DNA from: Bdellovibrionales bacterium
GTDB taxonomy: Bacteria; Bdellovibrionota; Bdellovibrionia; Bdellovibrionales; DASUEL01
DNA: 29,541 bases
NCBI GenBank assembly: GCA_050250255.1
Contig: JBFWOZ010000035.1
Location: 1 to 29,541 of the forward strand
Direction: 5' to 3'
Part shown: piece by piece, positions 28,676-29,541 of the stretch
Layout: each line of letters opens with the position of its first letter
Numbering within the stretch: the first letter of the stretch is position 1
Notes under the pieces: model-generated
Database searches by the model: none
Told to the model about the DNA's origin: nothing
What the model saw: only the letters and a program-made list of their open reading frames with translations
Made by a program: the position numbers and the translations under genes

Positions 28676-29284
28676 ATGGAAGAAAAACAAAACCTAGTTC
28701 CCACACAACAAAATATGGACGAGATGCTAGCTGATAGCGTGATTTCCGATGGCTATGTCGACGGTTACGTTACTGCAGATTCAGAAGCATTTTGGGTGGC
28801 AAGTGAAGAAACAATTGAGTCTTCGGCTCCTTCCGCAACGGTAGACTCGGAAGTTTTAGAAATGGCTCCTCCGGCCCCTGCAGTGGCGGAAGTATCATTC
28901 ATGGATGCCGAGCTTTTAGCGGCGATCGATCAGATTCCCGATAAAATGGCCTTTAAAATTGGTGAGGCCGCAGAAATTCTCGATATTCGCCCTTACGTTT
29001 TACGTTATTGGGAAAGCGAATTTGATGAGTTAAGGCCAAAAAAGTCGAATCACAATCAAAGGATGTATTCTCGTAACGACGTAAAAGTTGCGATGATGAT
29101 CAAAAAGCTTCTCTATAAAGATCGTTTTTCTATCGAAGGTGCTCGCAAAGCTCTTAAAAAATTACGAAGTAACGTGAAGCAAGAGACAGAGAAGCGGATT
29201 GTTCAGAATAAGATTGAAAAATCTTTCGATCGACTCCACGAAATCGTGGACGATTTGTCAGAGCTTAAACAGCTTTTTTCTTGA
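28676..29284 (+). CDS. MerR-family HTH regulator of the ihfA-linked type, with acidic N-terminal extension
   Basis: IPDKMAFKIGEAA...YVLRYWESEF..L.P.K....R.Y...LLY...FSIEGARK; canonical position between ihfA and tRNA-Pro. Confidence 0.9.
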   Translation: MEEKQNLVPTQQNMDEMLADSVISDGYVDGYVTADSEAFWVASEETIESSAPSATVDSEVLEMAPPAPAVAEVSFMDAELLAAIDQIPDKMAFKIGEAAEILDIRPYVLRYWESEFDELRPKKSNHNQRMYSRNDVKVAMMIKKLLYKDRFSIEGARKALKKLRSNVKQETEKRIVQNKIEKSFDRLHEIVDDLSELKQLFS

Positions 29285-29309
29285 TAATCGTCTGACGGTT
29301 CTTTAGATT
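29281..29309 (+). promoter_or_regulatory. Sigma70-like promoter for tRNA-Pro
   Basis: TTGATA (29281-29286), 17-bp spacer, TAGATT (29304-29309). Confidence 0.55.
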
Positions 29310-29328
29310 TCTTGTGCCCCTCGAAAAT

Positions 29329-29405
29329 CGGCATGTAGCGCAGCTTGGTAGCGCACCAGCTTGGGGTGCTGGGGGTCGTGGGTTCAAATCCCGCCATGCC
29401 GACCA
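29329..29405 (+). tRNA. tRNA-Pro(GGG)
   Basis: Acceptor stem cggcatg/catgccg, anticodon stem ccagc/gctgg with loop ttGGGgt, T-loop ttcaaat, encoded CCA; 77 nt. Confidence 0.97.
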
Positions 29406-29416
29406 CTTCCAAATTA

Positions 29417-29541
29417 GGTCCGTACCGGACACATGGGTAACAGTTTATTCCGATGACATAGGTAACACTTTCGAGAGGAACGGGTTTTGTCCCGCTTCGA
29501 CTCGATCTGATTCATCATCAAAGTATCCTAAGTCGTAATTC
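29417..29541 (-). mobile_element. End of an IS481-family-like element, truncated by the window edge
   Basis: Tandem motifs acatgggtaaca (29431-29442) and acataggtaaca (29456-29467) overlap the 3' end of a transposase-like reading frame. The exact terminus is uncertain. Confidence 0.72.
29445..29540 (-). CDS. C-terminal fragment of an IS481-family-like transposase
   Basis: Manual translation of the minus strand gives NYDLGYFDDESDRVEAGQNPFLSKVLPMSSE*, matching a remembered YDLGYFD...NPF..KVLPM C-terminus of IS481-type transposases. Confidence 0.7.
   Translation of the reverse strand, partial: NYDLGYFDDESDRVEAGQNPFLSKVLPMSSE

Noticed and set aside
29431..29467. CRISPR or iteron repeats
   Set aside because: Only two 12-bp copies, overlapping a transposase-like 3' end; better explained as transposon end binding sites.
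29203..29538. ORFs 29203..29412(-) and 29314..29538(+)
   Set aside because: They overlap tRNA-Pro and the mobile element end; spurious.

Overview
Bacterial chromosomal core region. Gene content (TIGR02147-like regulator, mevalonate cluster beside rplT, many secreted orphans) suggests a Bdellovibrionota/Oligoflexia-like organism; this is inference. In order on the + strand: system II cytochrome c biogenesis genes (partial resB-like, ccsA), an alternative complex III operon (actABCDEF), a secreted orphan, then the classic thrS-infC-rpmI-rplT-pheS-pheT-ihfA-merR-tRNA(Pro) string broken in two places. A terminator, an antisense DUF1640-like gene and a structured leader lie between infC and rpmI. 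About 10 kb lies between rplT and pheS: a five-gene mevalonate cluster with no HMG-CoA synthase, a CxxCH orphan, a TIGR02147-like regulator plus secreted protein, and antisense rsmG-trmH. Signals the ORF track misses: an ATA start for infC, candidate structured RNAs before thrS and rpmI, several perfect palindromes and IHF boxes, and the 3' end of an IS481-like transposon about 11 nt after the tRNA-Pro CCA. All family calls come from motif recognition, not database searches.
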